Shown one piece after another: positions 24,576 through 34,012 of a stretch of DNA of 64,000 nucleotides (the stretch's first letter is position 1; each line of letters starts with the position of its first letter). The stretch is from an uncultured archaeon (GTDB taxonomy: Archaea > Nanobdellota > Nanobdellia > Pacearchaeales > GW2011-AR1). The translations under genes and the position numbers were made by a program. The stretch spans positions 37,063-101,062 of the forward strand of contig CAIPOI010000002.1 in assembly GCA_903866625.1 (NCBI GenBank), read 5' to 3'. The notes beneath the pieces were generated by a model. That model worked only from the letters and a program-made list of their open reading frames with translations. It was not told where the DNA came from and did no database searches.

Positions 24576-26342
24576 TTATACTCCCCAAGTTGGCTCTTTT
24601 GCTCTCTTAATCTGGGCAATTTTTTGCAAAACATCGGTTTCTTCTTTGCTTAACAAATCTTTGTTCTTTTTAAATTCTCTAAACTGTCCTGAAGAAATAT
24701 CGGAGTACAAATATTCTTTTTCCTTGAGTTGTCTCTCAAAATTAACTCCCGGCAGACTCATAGCAACTTCCATACCTGAAGTTGCTTCAGCAACACTTTC
24801 TTTTTCCATCTGAATATTTCTTACATCTGCGATTTCTACTCCACTATCGTCCATGAGGGTTACTCCTGGCTTCAAAATTCCTGCTTCAACCTTTACTCCA
24901 AAAACTGCAGGATTAGAATTTCTAAAAACATAGTGAGAAAGTATTTTTATCTTGCAAATAGTAGAAAGTTTCATCATCTTTTCTTTTTCTATCTCTTTTC
25001 TTCTATTCTCTCTATATTCTTCAACTTGTTCTATAAGCTTGTAGACTACTTCACCATCTATGATTTTTAAATTTTTAATATTCAATTCTTTAATTTCTTC
25101 TTCTCTGGAAACATTAAAACCGATAATAATTGCATCAAGAGGATTAGTCTCAAAATTCGTGTTTGCATGTATAACATCCCTTTTATCAATATTACCTATT
25201 CCTGCTTTGCTAATACTTATTCCTTTTTCTCTTAACAAAACTAACAACGCTTCTAAACTTCCAAGAGAATCTGCTTTTATAACTATCCCGCCAGAATCAG
25301 TTTTTATGCTTTCAGTTACTTGCTTTTTGAACTCTTTTATAATCTCTTCTTTATTATTTTTAAAGACCTGAAATGGCATTCCTGGAAGCACATCTTTTAT
25401 CTCAGTTAACTGCAATCTTAATCCTGTTGAAGCATTTGCTTCTTTTACTGTTTTAAATTTATTAGATAAGGGTTGAATCTCTTCAAGTATTCTTATTTTT
25501 CCAAATACAGGCTCATCAAAACTAGCAATAGCTATCTCATCGTTGGCGTTTATCTGACCATCATATAGGATGGATTCTAAATAAACTTGATTTTTATCTT
25601 TTTTAATTTCAAGAACTACCCCCTTAGCATCTTTTCCAAGTTTTAATCTTTCTTTTAAGAACTTTTGGCTTAACCCACAAAGAGTTAATATTAATTCAGG
25701 TATTCCTTCTCCGCTTCTTGCAGAGCAGGGTACTAAAGCAAGATTTTTAGTAAAATCAGTTATTTCATAGTAGGGTAGAGCATTAAATCCGTGAGCATGT
25801 AGTGAGCCTTCTAAAGTTAATAATTTTTCCGTAAACTCATTTTGAGTGAGCATAGATTGTGCTTTTATATTCTCGAAAAGATTTTCTGATTGCTTTCTCC
25901 ATCCTGCAATATTATCTACTTTATTTAATGCAACAATAAATGGAGTTTTATTCAATTTGAGAATACTTATTACTTCTGCAGTTTGAGGTTTAATTCCTTC
26001 ATTGATATCTATAACTAATATTGCTAAATCTGCTAAAGCTCCGCCTCTTTTTCTTAAATTTGAAAAAGCTGCATGTCCAGGAGTATCAATAAAAAGAAAA
26101 CCAGGAATATCAAGTTTTATGCCTTTTTGTTCTATTAAGGGGCATCTCTTAAGGAGTTTGTCTCTAGGAAATAAAGTGAAAGATATTTTTTGAGTTATTC
26201 CTCCTGCTTCTCCTTCTTGAACAGAAGTCTTTCTTATATTATCTAACAGAGAAGTTTTTCCATGATCTACATGTCCAGCTACAGTTACAATTGGTTGCCT
26301 TATATTAGATTTTTCATTAATTTCATCTGTTTTGGTTGTCAT
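24576..26342 (-). CDS. infB: Translation initiation factor aIF5B (IF2 family GTPase)
   Basis: G1 AGHVDHGKTSLLD, G3 DTPGH, G4 NKVD. 588 aa, the typical aIF5B length. Confidence 0.9.
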   Translation of the reverse strand: MTTKTDEINEKSNIRQPIVTVAGHVDHGKTSLLDNIRKTSVQEGEAGGITQKISFTLFPRDKLLKRCPLIEQKGIKLDIPGFLFIDTPGHAAFSNLRKRGGALADLAILVIDINEGIKPQTAEVISILKLNKTPFIVALNKVDNIAGWRKQSENLFENIKAQSMLTQNEFTEKLLTLEGSLHAHGFNALPYYEITDFTKNLALVPCSARSGEGIPELILTLCGLSQKFLKERLKLGKDAKGVVLEIKKDKNQVYLESILYDGQINANDEIAIASFDEPVFGKIRILEEIQPLSNKFKTVKEANASTGLRLQLTEIKDVLPGMPFQVFKNNKEEIIKEFKKQVTESIKTDSGGIVIKADSLGSLEALLVLLREKGISISKAGIGNIDKRDVIHANTNFETNPLDAIIIGFNVSREEEIKELNIKNLKIIDGEVVYKLIEQVEEYRENRRKEIEKEKMMKLSTICKIKILSHYVFRNSNPAVFGVKVEAGILKPGVTLMDDSGVEIADVRNIQMEKESVAEATSGMEVAMSLPGVNFERQLKEKEYLYSDISSGQFREFKKNKDLLSKEETDVLQKIAQIKRAKEPTWGV

Positions 26343-26439
26343 AAGAGAATCAGAATATTAGGGGTTAAAAGCTTTTAGTTTACTCCTTTAGATACTTTAT
26401 CACAATCTTATTTAAAAATAATAAATCTAGAAGTTTAGT

Positions 26440-26976
26440 ATGTTTTATCAATTAGATCCAAATAAGATTACACTTGATCCAAAATTTAGAGGTATGTGTA
26501 AACTACCCTTTTATGGTCATGCTTATGGTTGTCCCAACTTTGGTAAAAAACAGGGTTGCCCGCCACATAATTTTTTAGAAAAAGATATTTTAGATTTTAA
26601 TAGAGATTTATTTTTAATCTATACTCGATTTGACTTAGCAGGTTTTGCATCAAGAATTGCAGAAAGACATCCAGATTGGGTTAAGCATCCAAGAATGCTT
26701 GTAAATCCAAGACAGTGGCAGCCTTCTGCAAGAAAACTTCATAGACAGGATATCTCTACCTTTAGACAGTACTATCCTGATATGTATGTTGATGAATCTC
26801 CAGAGTCTAAAGGAGTAAATGTAAGTGAGTTAATGAAACAAGTAGGCATAACTCTTAGTTGGGATTGGCCACCTAAAGAAATAGCTAATCTAAGTTGCAG
26901 AGATTTAAAAGATTCAAAAAAAGTTTATACTTATCGAGTTTCTCTGGCAGGTTATTTAATCGATTCCCACCATTAA
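26440..26976 (+). CDS. Hypothetical Cys/His-rich protein (possibly DUF2284-like metal-binding)
   Basis: MCKLPFYGHAYGCPNFGKKQGCPPH motif. Family assignment uncertain. Confidence 0.35.
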   Translation: MFYQLDPNKITLDPKFRGMCKLPFYGHAYGCPNFGKKQGCPPHNFLEKDILDFNRDLFLIYTRFDLAGFASRIAERHPDWVKHPRMLVNPRQWQPSARKLHRQDISTFRQYYPDMYVDESPESKGVNVSELMKQVGITLSWDWPPKEIANLSCRDLKDSKKVYTYRVSLAGYLIDSHH

Positions 26977-27027
26977 TACTCATTTCTAAATCAACAGGCT
27001 TAAATAGACATTTTTTATTATTTTTAT

Positions 27028-27489
27028 ATGCCTGCAAATACTATTAAAATTAAAATAAAAAAGCTTCATCCAGATGCAATACTTCCTAGCTATGCTCATC
27101 CGGGTGATGCTGGAATGGATATTTATTCTGTAGAAGACGTTATCATTCCACCTAAAGAAAGAAAAACGATTTCAACTGGAATTTCCATGGAGTACCCTGA
27201 AGGTTATTGTACTTTGTTATGGGATAAATCTGGATTAGCTTCAAAAAACGGATTAACAGTTTTAGCAGGTGCGATAGAATATACTTATCGTGGAGAATAC
27301 AAAGTAGTTTTATTGAATACCTCTGACCAAGAGTATGTTGTAAAAAAAGGCGATAAAATTGCCCAAGTAATTGTTCTTCCTGTTATTACTGCCGAGACAG
27401 AAGAAGTTTCAGAACTATCTGATTCAGTTAGAGGTTCTGGAGGTTTTGGCTCAACCGGATTAGTAAAAAATTCAGCAAATTCCAAATAA
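27028..27489 (+). CDS. dut: dUTP diphosphatase (trimeric dUTPase)
   Basis: GDAGMDIYS, AGAIEYTYRGE and the C-terminal RGSGGFGSTG motif. Confidence 0.85.
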   Translation: MPANTIKIKIKKLHPDAILPSYAHPGDAGMDIYSVEDVIIPPKERKTISTGISMEYPEGYCTLLWDKSGLASKNGLTVLAGAIEYTYRGEYKVVLLNTSDQEYVVKKGDKIAQVIVLPVITAETEEVSELSDSVRGSGGFGSTGLVKNSANSK

Positions 27490-27494
27490 ACAAC

Positions 27495-27818
27495 ATGATA
27501 AAAGAAAAAAAACTTCAGGACTTAGAAAAAGAATATAATTTGGACTTAGAGAAAGCGGCAGCTACTATAAAAAAACAAAAACCAAAAAAAGTTTTACTTC
27601 AATTTCCAGACGGATTTAAGCCATACGCAACAGAAATTCAGAAAAAACTAGAAAAAATACTTGGAAAATCAAGTCCAGAATTTTATTTATGGTTTGATTC
27701 TTGTTTCGGCGCATGTGACATTCCTTTAGAAACAAAAAATCTTGAAATAGATTTAATTATTCAGTTTGGACATTCAAACTGGGATTATTCTGAAAAAAAA
27801 GATATAAAAGTTTTATAA
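27495..27818 (+). pseudogene. dph2: Truncated diphthamide synthase Dph2 (N-terminal ~105 aa only)
   Basis: KKVLLQFPDGFKPYATEIQKKLE...CFGACDIPLE...DLIIQFGHS matches the N-terminal domain of archaeal Dph2 (~340 aa). The ORF stops soon after GHS and abuts a convergent gene. Confidence 0.55.
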
Positions 27819-28790
27819 GAAGTTCTCAGCCAGAGAATTTTTTGGATAGTAATCAACTTCTTTTTTCTTTGCGATTATCTTTTCGCTAAGTTTCCAAGTT
27901 TCTAGTGCTTGTTCAATTGTTGGAAATTCTTTTTTCTTGTTATTAAAAAAGCTCTGAAACAATTTTATATAAGAATTTTCCTCACCAAGATTATATCTTT
28001 CTCCATCAATTTCTATGAAACCAAGTTTTTTATCAAATGCTTTGCCAGTTATTAATTCTATTTTTTTGCCCTTATAGTCTAACTCTAATTTTACAAATGT
28101 TTCTGTTGAACTTTTCATCCCGAGCTCTTGCTCATATTCTTTATACTGCTTGAACTCTGCACTTTTAATTATAATCTCTTTGATATTAATCCGAGTAATC
28201 TTTAGTAGTAGATTTAATAGATGACTTTGAATCATATCTTTTAGAGCACCAATAGAATCATAATATCCTCTATTCTCCAGCCCAACTTTCTCAAGAGAAA
28301 CTATTTTTATTCTACTAAAATTTTTGATTTGCGGAATATTATCCTTAAATAAATAGTGGTCTGCAAGAAATATATTTTCCTCAAGTTTCTCTCTATAAAT
28401 AAACTTTTTTAATTTTTTTGCTTCTTTAAGACTTGATCCGAAGGGTTTTTCTATAAGTATTCTTATATTTGTATTATTTTCTACTTTAACTAATTCTTTT
28501 AACACTTTTAGAATCATATCCGGAGGTAAAGATAGATAAAAATAATTTTCTTCTTTTTCTTTTATATAGTTTTTTATCTCTTCATATAAATTATCAAAAT
28601 CGACGTTGATATAGTGTAGTCTATTTGTAAATTGAATTTCACATTCAGGACAATAGCCCTTATGATATTCTTCTCGGCTTATATTTTTCCGGCCAATAGC
28701 ATAAACTTCTAGTTTTGGAATATGATGCAGAGCAGGTAGAATTTTTCTTTTTACTAAATCTCCTGTAGAACCAAATATAAATAATCTCAT
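27813..28790 (-). CDS. Glucose-6-phosphate dehydrogenase-like protein (short form)
   Basis: N-terminal IFGSTGDLVKRKILPAL (NADP site). IEKPFGSSLKEAKKL matches the EKPFG motif. LADHYLFKD matches the RIDHYLGKE-like motif. At 325 aa it is shorter than canonical Zwf. Confidence 0.55.
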   Translation of the reverse strand: MRLFIFGSTGDLVKRKILPALHHIPKLEVYAIGRKNISREEYHKGYCPECEIQFTNRLHYINVDFDNLYEEIKNYIKEKEENYFYLSLPPDMILKVLKELVKVENNTNIRILIEKPFGSSLKEAKKLKKFIYREKLEENIFLADHYLFKDNIPQIKNFSRIKIVSLEKVGLENRGYYDSIGALKDMIQSHLLNLLLKITRINIKEIIIKSAEFKQYKEYEQELGMKSSTETFVKLELDYKGKKIELITGKAFDKKLGFIEIDGERYNLGEENSYIKLFQSFFNNKKKEFPTIEQALETWKLSEKIIAKKKEVDYYPKNSLAENFL

Positions 28791-29134
28791 TTCCAGTTCC
28801 TGATTTCTTCTTCAAACTTATCAGTCCATTTTTGTATTATTGAGATTACCATTTCTTTTATTTTAGTTTTATCATTAATACCATAATTAAATTGATAACC
28901 CCCACTACTCAAATTTATCTGAGACCTATTTATTATTTCTTTTTCATAAAGCTTTTTTAGGCATCTCTGTACTGTTGATAAATCTAATCCAAGACTCTCA
29001 GAAATTTCTTGACTAGAAAGCTTAGGTTTATCTGTTTTTATTAGGAAATCTAGGATTTTATATTCGCCCTTAGTCAAATTAAGGCTACATCTTATTATCT
29101 CTTCAATTTTAAAGTTCTTACATGCAAAGTCCAT
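28787..29134 (-). CDS. Winged-helix transcriptional regulator (TrmB/MarR-like)
   Basis: LTKGEYKILDFLIK...LSSQEISESLGLDLSTVQRCLKKLYEKEIINR. Confidence 0.6.
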   Translation of the reverse strand: MDFACKNFKIEEIIRCSLNLTKGEYKILDFLIKTDKPKLSSQEISESLGLDLSTVQRCLKKLYEKEIINRSQINLSSGGYQFNYGINDKTKIKEMVISIIQKWTDKFEEEIRNWK

Positions 29135-29135
29135 A

Positions 29136-30038
29136 TTATTCCTCCATCTTTAGACTATCGTAAACCGCTCTGGTGGCTATAGCTCCATGACCTGCAGATA
29201 CAACTGCCTGTTTAAATTCAAAATCAACAACATCTCCAGCAACAAAGAAACCCTTAACATTTGACTCTTGATTTTTATCTGCAACTATATAATTATTATT
29301 AGTATTTAGTTGAAGAGAATCAACAGCGCGAGGATTTGGATTCGACCCTATTTCTATGAATATTCCATCAACCTTTAATTCTTTTTTATTATTTAGAACA
29401 ACAGAGTTAACTTTTTTTAAACCCTTTATCTCCATAACCTCTGTATCAAACATAATCTCTATGTTTTTGCTTTTTTTTACTGCTTCTACCCAAGCAGGTT
29501 CTGCTTTTGAAAATTCAGATTTTCTATATATTATATAAACTTTTTTTGACTTTTCTGCCAGAAGTATGGCTGCACTTAGGGCGCTATTTCCTCCACCAAC
29601 AACTGCTACAACTTTATATCTAAAAAAAGGTCCATCACAAACCGCACAATAACTAACACCCTTGCCATAAAATTCTTTTTCCCCTTTTATATCTAGTTTT
29701 CTTCTTAGGTTTCCAGGGGCATAAATTACTTTTTTAGATGAATAACTATTATTTGAAGTTTTAATTATGAAACCTGCTTTATCTTTCTTTATTTCTAGAA
29801 CTTCTTCAAGAGCTATTGGAACACCTAATTTTTCAACTTGTTCACGTACTTTTTTCATTAATTCAAAACCCGAGATTTCAAAATAAGATGGGAAATTACA
29901 TACCTTATGAGCGGTAGCTGTTGTCCCACCCAGTTCTCTAGAGATAACTAGGGCCTTTATATTATACCTTGCCGCATATATGGCTGAAGTTAGACCTGCC
30001 ATACCTCCACCAACAATAATCAAATCATAATCTTGCAT
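29136..30038 (-). CDS. trxB: Thioredoxin reductase
   Basis: FAD site DLIIVGGGMAGLTSAIYAAR. Redox-active CAVCDG. Second dinucleotide site VAVVGGGNSALSAA. Confidence 0.85.
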   Translation of the reverse strand: MQDYDLIIVGGGMAGLTSAIYAARYNIKALVISRELGGTTATAHKVCNFPSYFEISGFELMKKVREQVEKLGVPIALEEVLEIKKDKAGFIIKTSNNSYSSKKVIYAPGNLRRKLDIKGEKEFYGKGVSYCAVCDGPFFRYKVVAVVGGGNSALSAAILLAEKSKKVYIIYRKSEFSKAEPAWVEAVKKSKNIEIMFDTEVMEIKGLKKVNSVVLNNKKELKVDGIFIEIGSNPNPRAVDSLQLNTNNNYIVADKNQESNVKGFFVAGDVVDFEFKQAVVSAGHGAIATRAVYDSLKMEE

Positions 30039-30053
30039 TTTTCTAGACTCCTA

Positions 30054-30368
30054 TTAAATCATTTCATTTATCTTTATTTTTAGGGCGTCTCTTGGCATGA
30101 AGCCGGTTATTCTATCTACTTCTTTTCCTTTTTCTGCAAGTACTAAAGCAGGTATTCCAGAGATTTCAAACTTCATTGCAAGATCCTGATTTTCGTCTAC
30201 ATTTACCTTGACAAATTTAAGTTTGCCTTCAAATTCTTTTGATAGTTGTTCGAAAACAGGACCCATCATTTGACAGGGACCACACCAATCTGCATAAAAG
30301 TCAATCAGCACTGGTGTTTTAGATTTTGCAACTTCTTTCTCAAAATTTTCATTATTTATATGTATCAT
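30054..30368 (-). CDS. trxA: Thioredoxin
   Basis: WCGPC active site. The ATG at 30368 is preceded by GGAGG; the track GTG start at 30380 is less likely. Confidence 0.85.
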   Translation of the reverse strand: MIHINNENFEKEVAKSKTPVLIDFYADWCGPCQMMGPVFEQLSKEFEGKLKFVKVNVDENQDLAMKFEISGIPALVLAEKGKEVDRITGFMPRDALKIKINEMI

Positions 30369-30390
30369 TTTAGCCTCCACTTGTTTTAAG

Positions 30391-30411
30391 TACTGCTATA
30401 AAGAAGCAGTA
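30391..30411. promoter_or_regulatory. 7-7-7 palindrome TACTGCT-ataaaga-AGCAGTA, candidate operator in the trx promoter
   Basis: A perfect inverted repeat lies between the minus-strand TATA (tttatatat, 30412..30420) and the trx start. A half-site-like gcagtact recurs at 30455..30462. Confidence 0.3.
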
Positions 30412-30549
30412 ATATATAAACCTTTTTATGAAATGATTTTTTGTCAAGTTTTCTGCAGTACTATCTTTTGGCTTAGTTAACTTTCAGAATATAAATCATT
30501 AAAAAGCTTTTTTATTGTTATTTTAGTATAAGAAGTGTAAAAATGGGAA

Positions 30550-31329
30550 ATGGCATTGTTTAATTTATTTGAGCGAGAAAATATCTATTTTCCAGGTTGT
30601 TTTAGCGAAGCTTATCTTCCAAATTTAATAAAAAATTATGAAAGAGTACTAAAAAAATTAGGAATAGGTTTTAAGACAATTAGTAGCTCTTTTTGCTGTT
30701 CTGCAATAGTTGAAGAAGCTGGCTACGAAAAGCAAGCCAGAAAAATTGCAAAAAATAATTTTGAAATATTTAATGAAAAGGGAATCAAGAGAATAATAAC
30801 ATCTTGTCCCAATTGTTTTAGGATGTTTTCACAGAACTATAAAGAGATTATTCCTAACTGGGATATAAAAGTAGAGTTTATTCTTGAACCTATATTAGAA
30901 GCTATTAAACAAGGGAAAAGTAGAAAGGTAGATTATTTCGGAGAACCAATAGTTTATTATGATTCTTGCTATCTTGCTAGATATTCTAGATTGTTAAGTG
31001 TCCCACGGGAAATTCTGAAGTTGTTTGGTTTTAAGCTAATTGAATTGAGCAGTAATAATGAAGAAGTAAGTTGTTGTGGTAGTTGTGGCAATCTCCCCTT
31101 GATTGATAACGCTCTTTCAAATAAGATCGCAAGAAATTTCATAAAAAATCTCAGGCAGCAGGGAGTTAAAAAGATAGTTACTGCAGATAGTCAAGCATAT
31201 CGACATCTTAAGCGTAATCTTGAGAAGGAAGAAAATATAGAAATCCTTGAATTTTCTGAAATTTTATGTGATGCTGTCGGAGTAAAAAAAGAAATAATTG
31301 AAGAAGAAAGTAAGGGGGAAGTAGCATGA
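30550..31329 (+). CDS. CCG-domain (cysteine-rich) subunit, GlcF/LutA/HdrB-like
   Basis: Two Cys-rich repeats: YFPGCF...FCCSA and YYDSCY...SCCGSCG. Confidence 0.55.
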   Translation: MALFNLFERENIYFPGCFSEAYLPNLIKNYERVLKKLGIGFKTISSSFCCSAIVEEAGYEKQARKIAKNNFEIFNEKGIKRIITSCPNCFRMFSQNYKEIIPNWDIKVEFILEPILEAIKQGKSRKVDYFGEPIVYYDSCYLARYSRLLSVPREILKLFGFKLIELSSNNEEVSCCGSCGNLPLIDNALSNKIARNFIKNLRQQGVKKIVTADSQAYRHLKRNLEKEENIEILEFSEILCDAVGVKKEIIEEESKGEVA

Positions 31330-32690
31330 AACTAACAAAAAATAAAATTATTTATGAAAAAAATTGGAAAAATGTGCCTTCAAAGTGTTTGGCTTTTGTT
31401 ATCCCTGAAACAATCGAGGAAATACAAAAAGTTGTTCGGTCTAATGAGCTTATAACTATAAGGGGAAGTGGTACAAGCCTTACAGGGGGATGTACTGCTC
31501 ATAATTCAGTGGTTATTGATATGTCTAAATTAAATAAGGTAATAGACATAAATCCTAATAAAAAAATAGTGGTTGTTGAAGCAGGAATTTTGGTTTCAGA
31601 TCTTAATACTATCTTAGAAACCTCGGGTTTAGAATTTCCAATAGAGACAATTTTTTATGGTGTTGAAACTATTGGCGGAATGATTGCTAAAAATAGTTGT
31701 GGTAGTAGAGAGATAAAATACAATCGCATGATGAACTGGATAGATTCTTTAGAGATAGTTAATGCAAAAGGAGAACTATTAAAAATTTCTAAATCTGAAA
31801 TGAGTGATTTTATAGGGTTAGAGGGCATAACAGGAGTGATAGTCAGGGCAAGTTTAAGATTAACAAATAAAAAGAAAAAAACTATTTCTATACTAAAATC
31901 TAATAATCTGGAAGATATTTTCAAAGCTAACTCTAGACTAAGGCTGAATCAAGATATAAGCTCCATAGAGTTATTAAATAAAGACATTTCTTATTTATTA
32001 GGATTAGAAAAAAAGTATCACTTATTCATAGAATATGAAAATAATGAAGGTTTATTTAAAGAGCAGGAATACGTTAAATTCTTTAAATTAAAAAATAAAG
32101 CATTTGAAAGAGTTCTTGGAGAAGGATTATTTTATATTGAATCAGTAAAAATATTTCAGGATAGCATAGAAGATTTTATTATATACTTGGAACAAAACAG
32201 TATACAATATTTTTCGCACTTTGCTTCCGGAGTATTTTATTTATGTTTTCATCCAACCCAAATAGACAAAAGGAATGATACGTTAAGGTTTGCTAAAAAA
32301 ATAAATGGAAAGATTGCCTATAACTCTGGTTTTGGAATTACTAATAAGGAATTTTTAGAGTTTGGTGAAAAAGAAATTATAAAAAGAATAAAGAAAAGGA
32401 GGGATTCAGAATTTAAATTTAATAAGTATATTCTCCTAAACCCCTTAGATTTTTCTAAGGAAAAATCAAAAGATTTTGAGGAAGATGTAAATGAAGATCT
32501 AGAAAAACAAGGCAATGCTAAAGATAAAGAGGAAGAAGAAATTCAAACAACTTTGGATACGGATGAAAAACTAATAGAAACTTTTAATCTAAAGACACAA
32601 AAACAAAGAATAGAGTTAAGTGAAGAAGAAAAAGAAAAAGTAAAAAAATTGGCTGCCGGATTTTTTGCTGGAGGAAAAAAAGAAGAATAA
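31326..32690 (+). CDS. FAD-linked oxidase (GlcD / D-lactate dehydrogenase-like) with acidic/basic C-terminal tail
   Basis: ITIRGSGTSLTGGC is a FAD_binding_4-type motif. The start overlaps the upstream stop. Confidence 0.6.
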   Translation: MKLTKNKIIYEKNWKNVPSKCLAFVIPETIEEIQKVVRSNELITIRGSGTSLTGGCTAHNSVVIDMSKLNKVIDINPNKKIVVVEAGILVSDLNTILETSGLEFPIETIFYGVETIGGMIAKNSCGSREIKYNRMMNWIDSLEIVNAKGELLKISKSEMSDFIGLEGITGVIVRASLRLTNKKKKTISILKSNNLEDIFKANSRLRLNQDISSIELLNKDISYLLGLEKKYHLFIEYENNEGLFKEQEYVKFFKLKNKAFERVLGEGLFYIESVKIFQDSIEDFIIYLEQNSIQYFSHFASGVFYLCFHPTQIDKRNDTLRFAKKINGKIAYNSGFGITNKEFLEFGEKEIIKRIKKRRDSEFKFNKYILLNPLDFSKEKSKDFEEDVNEDLEKQGNAKDKEEEEIQTTLDTDEKLIETFNLKTQKQRIELSEEEKEKVKKLAAGFFAGGKKEE

Positions 32691-32697
32691 AGAAAAA

Positions 32698-33042
32698 ATG
32701 GTTCAAATAGAAGAAAAAAATACTAGAGAGGATATTATAGAGATAACTGAGAAGTGCATAAAATGTGGATTATGCAAGGAATTATGCCCTGTTTTTAAGG
32801 CACTAAGGGAAGAGCAGACTTCTCCAAGAGGACATTGCATCCTTCTTTCAAATAAGATATTTAGTGAGTTAGTTTATCAATGTACTCTATGCAAGGCCTG
32901 TGAGTTAAAATGCCCCCTTCATCTGGATATTTGCAGAGCAATTAAAAAAGCTCGAACAATTTTAGCAAATCGAGAAGAGGATAACCCTGAACTAAAAAAA
33001 GTTCTGAAGAAAATTGAAGATAAAGAGAATCCTTATTTGTAA
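32698..33042 (+). CDS. 4Fe-4S dicluster ferredoxin-like subunit (GlcF N-terminal-like)
   Basis: CIKCGLCKELCP and CTLCKACELKCP. The ATG at 32698 follows the upstream stop. Confidence 0.6.
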   Translation: MVQIEEKNTREDIIEITEKCIKCGLCKELCPVFKALREEQTSPRGHCILLSNKIFSELVYQCTLCKACELKCPLHLDICRAIKKARTILANREEDNPELKKVLKKIEDKENPYL

Positions 33043-33525
33043 TTAAAGTTTTCCTATTAAAGATTCAAATGAAAATGGATTTTGAGAATCTTCATATATA
33101 ACCCACTCTTCATGTGTTAATCTTTCAGAATAAGGCGGTAATTTCTGTCTAAATTGTGGAACTTTTATGAATCTAACTCCGAACTGCTGAGCAGAATCTT
33201 CATCTCTTCCAACAAAATTATCTCCAATAAAAACTGCTTCTGAAGTAGGAAGATTAGCTTCATAACAAATTTTACCTAAATTTTTTAAAGTTCTTGAAGA
33301 TCTTATTAGACTATCTGCAAAGTAGTGCATATCAAAATCTCTATAGAGTCCAACACTTTCTAAATCTGCTCCAACTATTTCTTCAGGTCCATCACTACAA
33401 GTTACTTTTAACTTATCCTTGTAAAATTCTAATAATTCTCTTAGTCCCAGCCTTATAACTCCATCTGCATAATCTGCTTTTATGAGTGTTCCATAAACAT
33501 CAAATATTATTAGTTTTACCATCAT
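33043..33525 (-). CDS. HAD-superfamily hydrolase
   Basis: Motif I IIFDVYGTLI. Later FIGDNFVGRDEDSA matches motif IV. Confidence 0.6.
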   Translation of the reverse strand: MMVKLIIFDVYGTLIKADYADGVIRLGLRELLEFYKDKLKVTCSDGPEEIVGADLESVGLYRDFDMHYFADSLIRSSRTLKNLGKICYEANLPTSEAVFIGDNFVGRDEDSAQQFGVRFIKVPQFRQKLPPYSERLTHEEWVIYEDSQNPFSFESLIGKL

Positions 33526-33558
33526 AATTTATCAGAACTCTTTTATTTATCTTAATTA

Positions 33559-33855
33559 TTAGTAATCATCAACGCTACTATTAGCTTCTTTCTTGCTTGT
33601 TTTTGGAGCACTAGCTGCTTCAGCTGCAGCCGCATTAAGTTCGTCTAATGAAATTGAATTAACTAATTCTCTAAACTCTAAGAACTTTTCAGCAGGTATT
33701 CTTGTTCCAGATTTTGTAAATCCTTTATATCCCGAAGGAGATTCATTAACAAATTCTCTAATAGTTATTCCTGGTTTCCCGCCAAAACTATCCATTCTAA
33801 CAACAATATCTGTACTAGAATTTTTCGCAATTTTTCCTATATCTTTTTCTACCAT
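33559..33855 (-). CDS. PC4-like (transcriptional coactivator p15 family) ssDNA-binding protein
   Basis: DIVVRMDSFGGKPGITIREF...KGFTKSGTRIPAEKFLEFRELV resembles the PC4 fold pattern. The ATG at 33855 is preferred over the track TTG at 33873. Confidence 0.45.
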   Translation of the reverse strand: MVEKDIGKIAKNSSTDIVVRMDSFGGKPGITIREFVNESPSGYKGFTKSGTRIPAEKFLEFRELVNSISLDELNAAAAEAASAPKTSKKEANSSVDDY

Positions 33856-34012
33856 GTTTGTTTGTAGCAACAAACGAACAGACAGAAATTTCTAATTTCT
33901 GTATTTCAAAAATCTTCTAAGTTGAACCTGAAGGGCACTTTTAGATTTTTGAATCGCTTGTTTGTAATATTCGGAGTTTTTGTTTCTATTTAAGCTTTGT
34001 TGTTTCAGATTA

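Noticed and set aside
30550-33042. Three-gene CCG-domain / FAD oxidase / 4Fe-4S set considered as a novel redox system
   Set aside because: The parts correspond to a split GlcD/GlcF-type (D-lactate/glycolate dehydrogenase-like) enzyme, a common arrangement. Only the E/K-rich tail of the FAD subunit is unusual, and it is noted elsewhere.
33860-33902. Two adjacent hairpins upstream of the PC4-like gene: gtttgtttgt-agca-acaaacgaac, and acagaaat-ttcta-atttctgt at 33882..33902
   Set aside because: The stems are real in the sequence, but they are short, AT-rich and without a flanking T-run or recognisable RNA family. They are as likely chance palindromes or an operator as anything else, so the evidence is too weak to call a feature.
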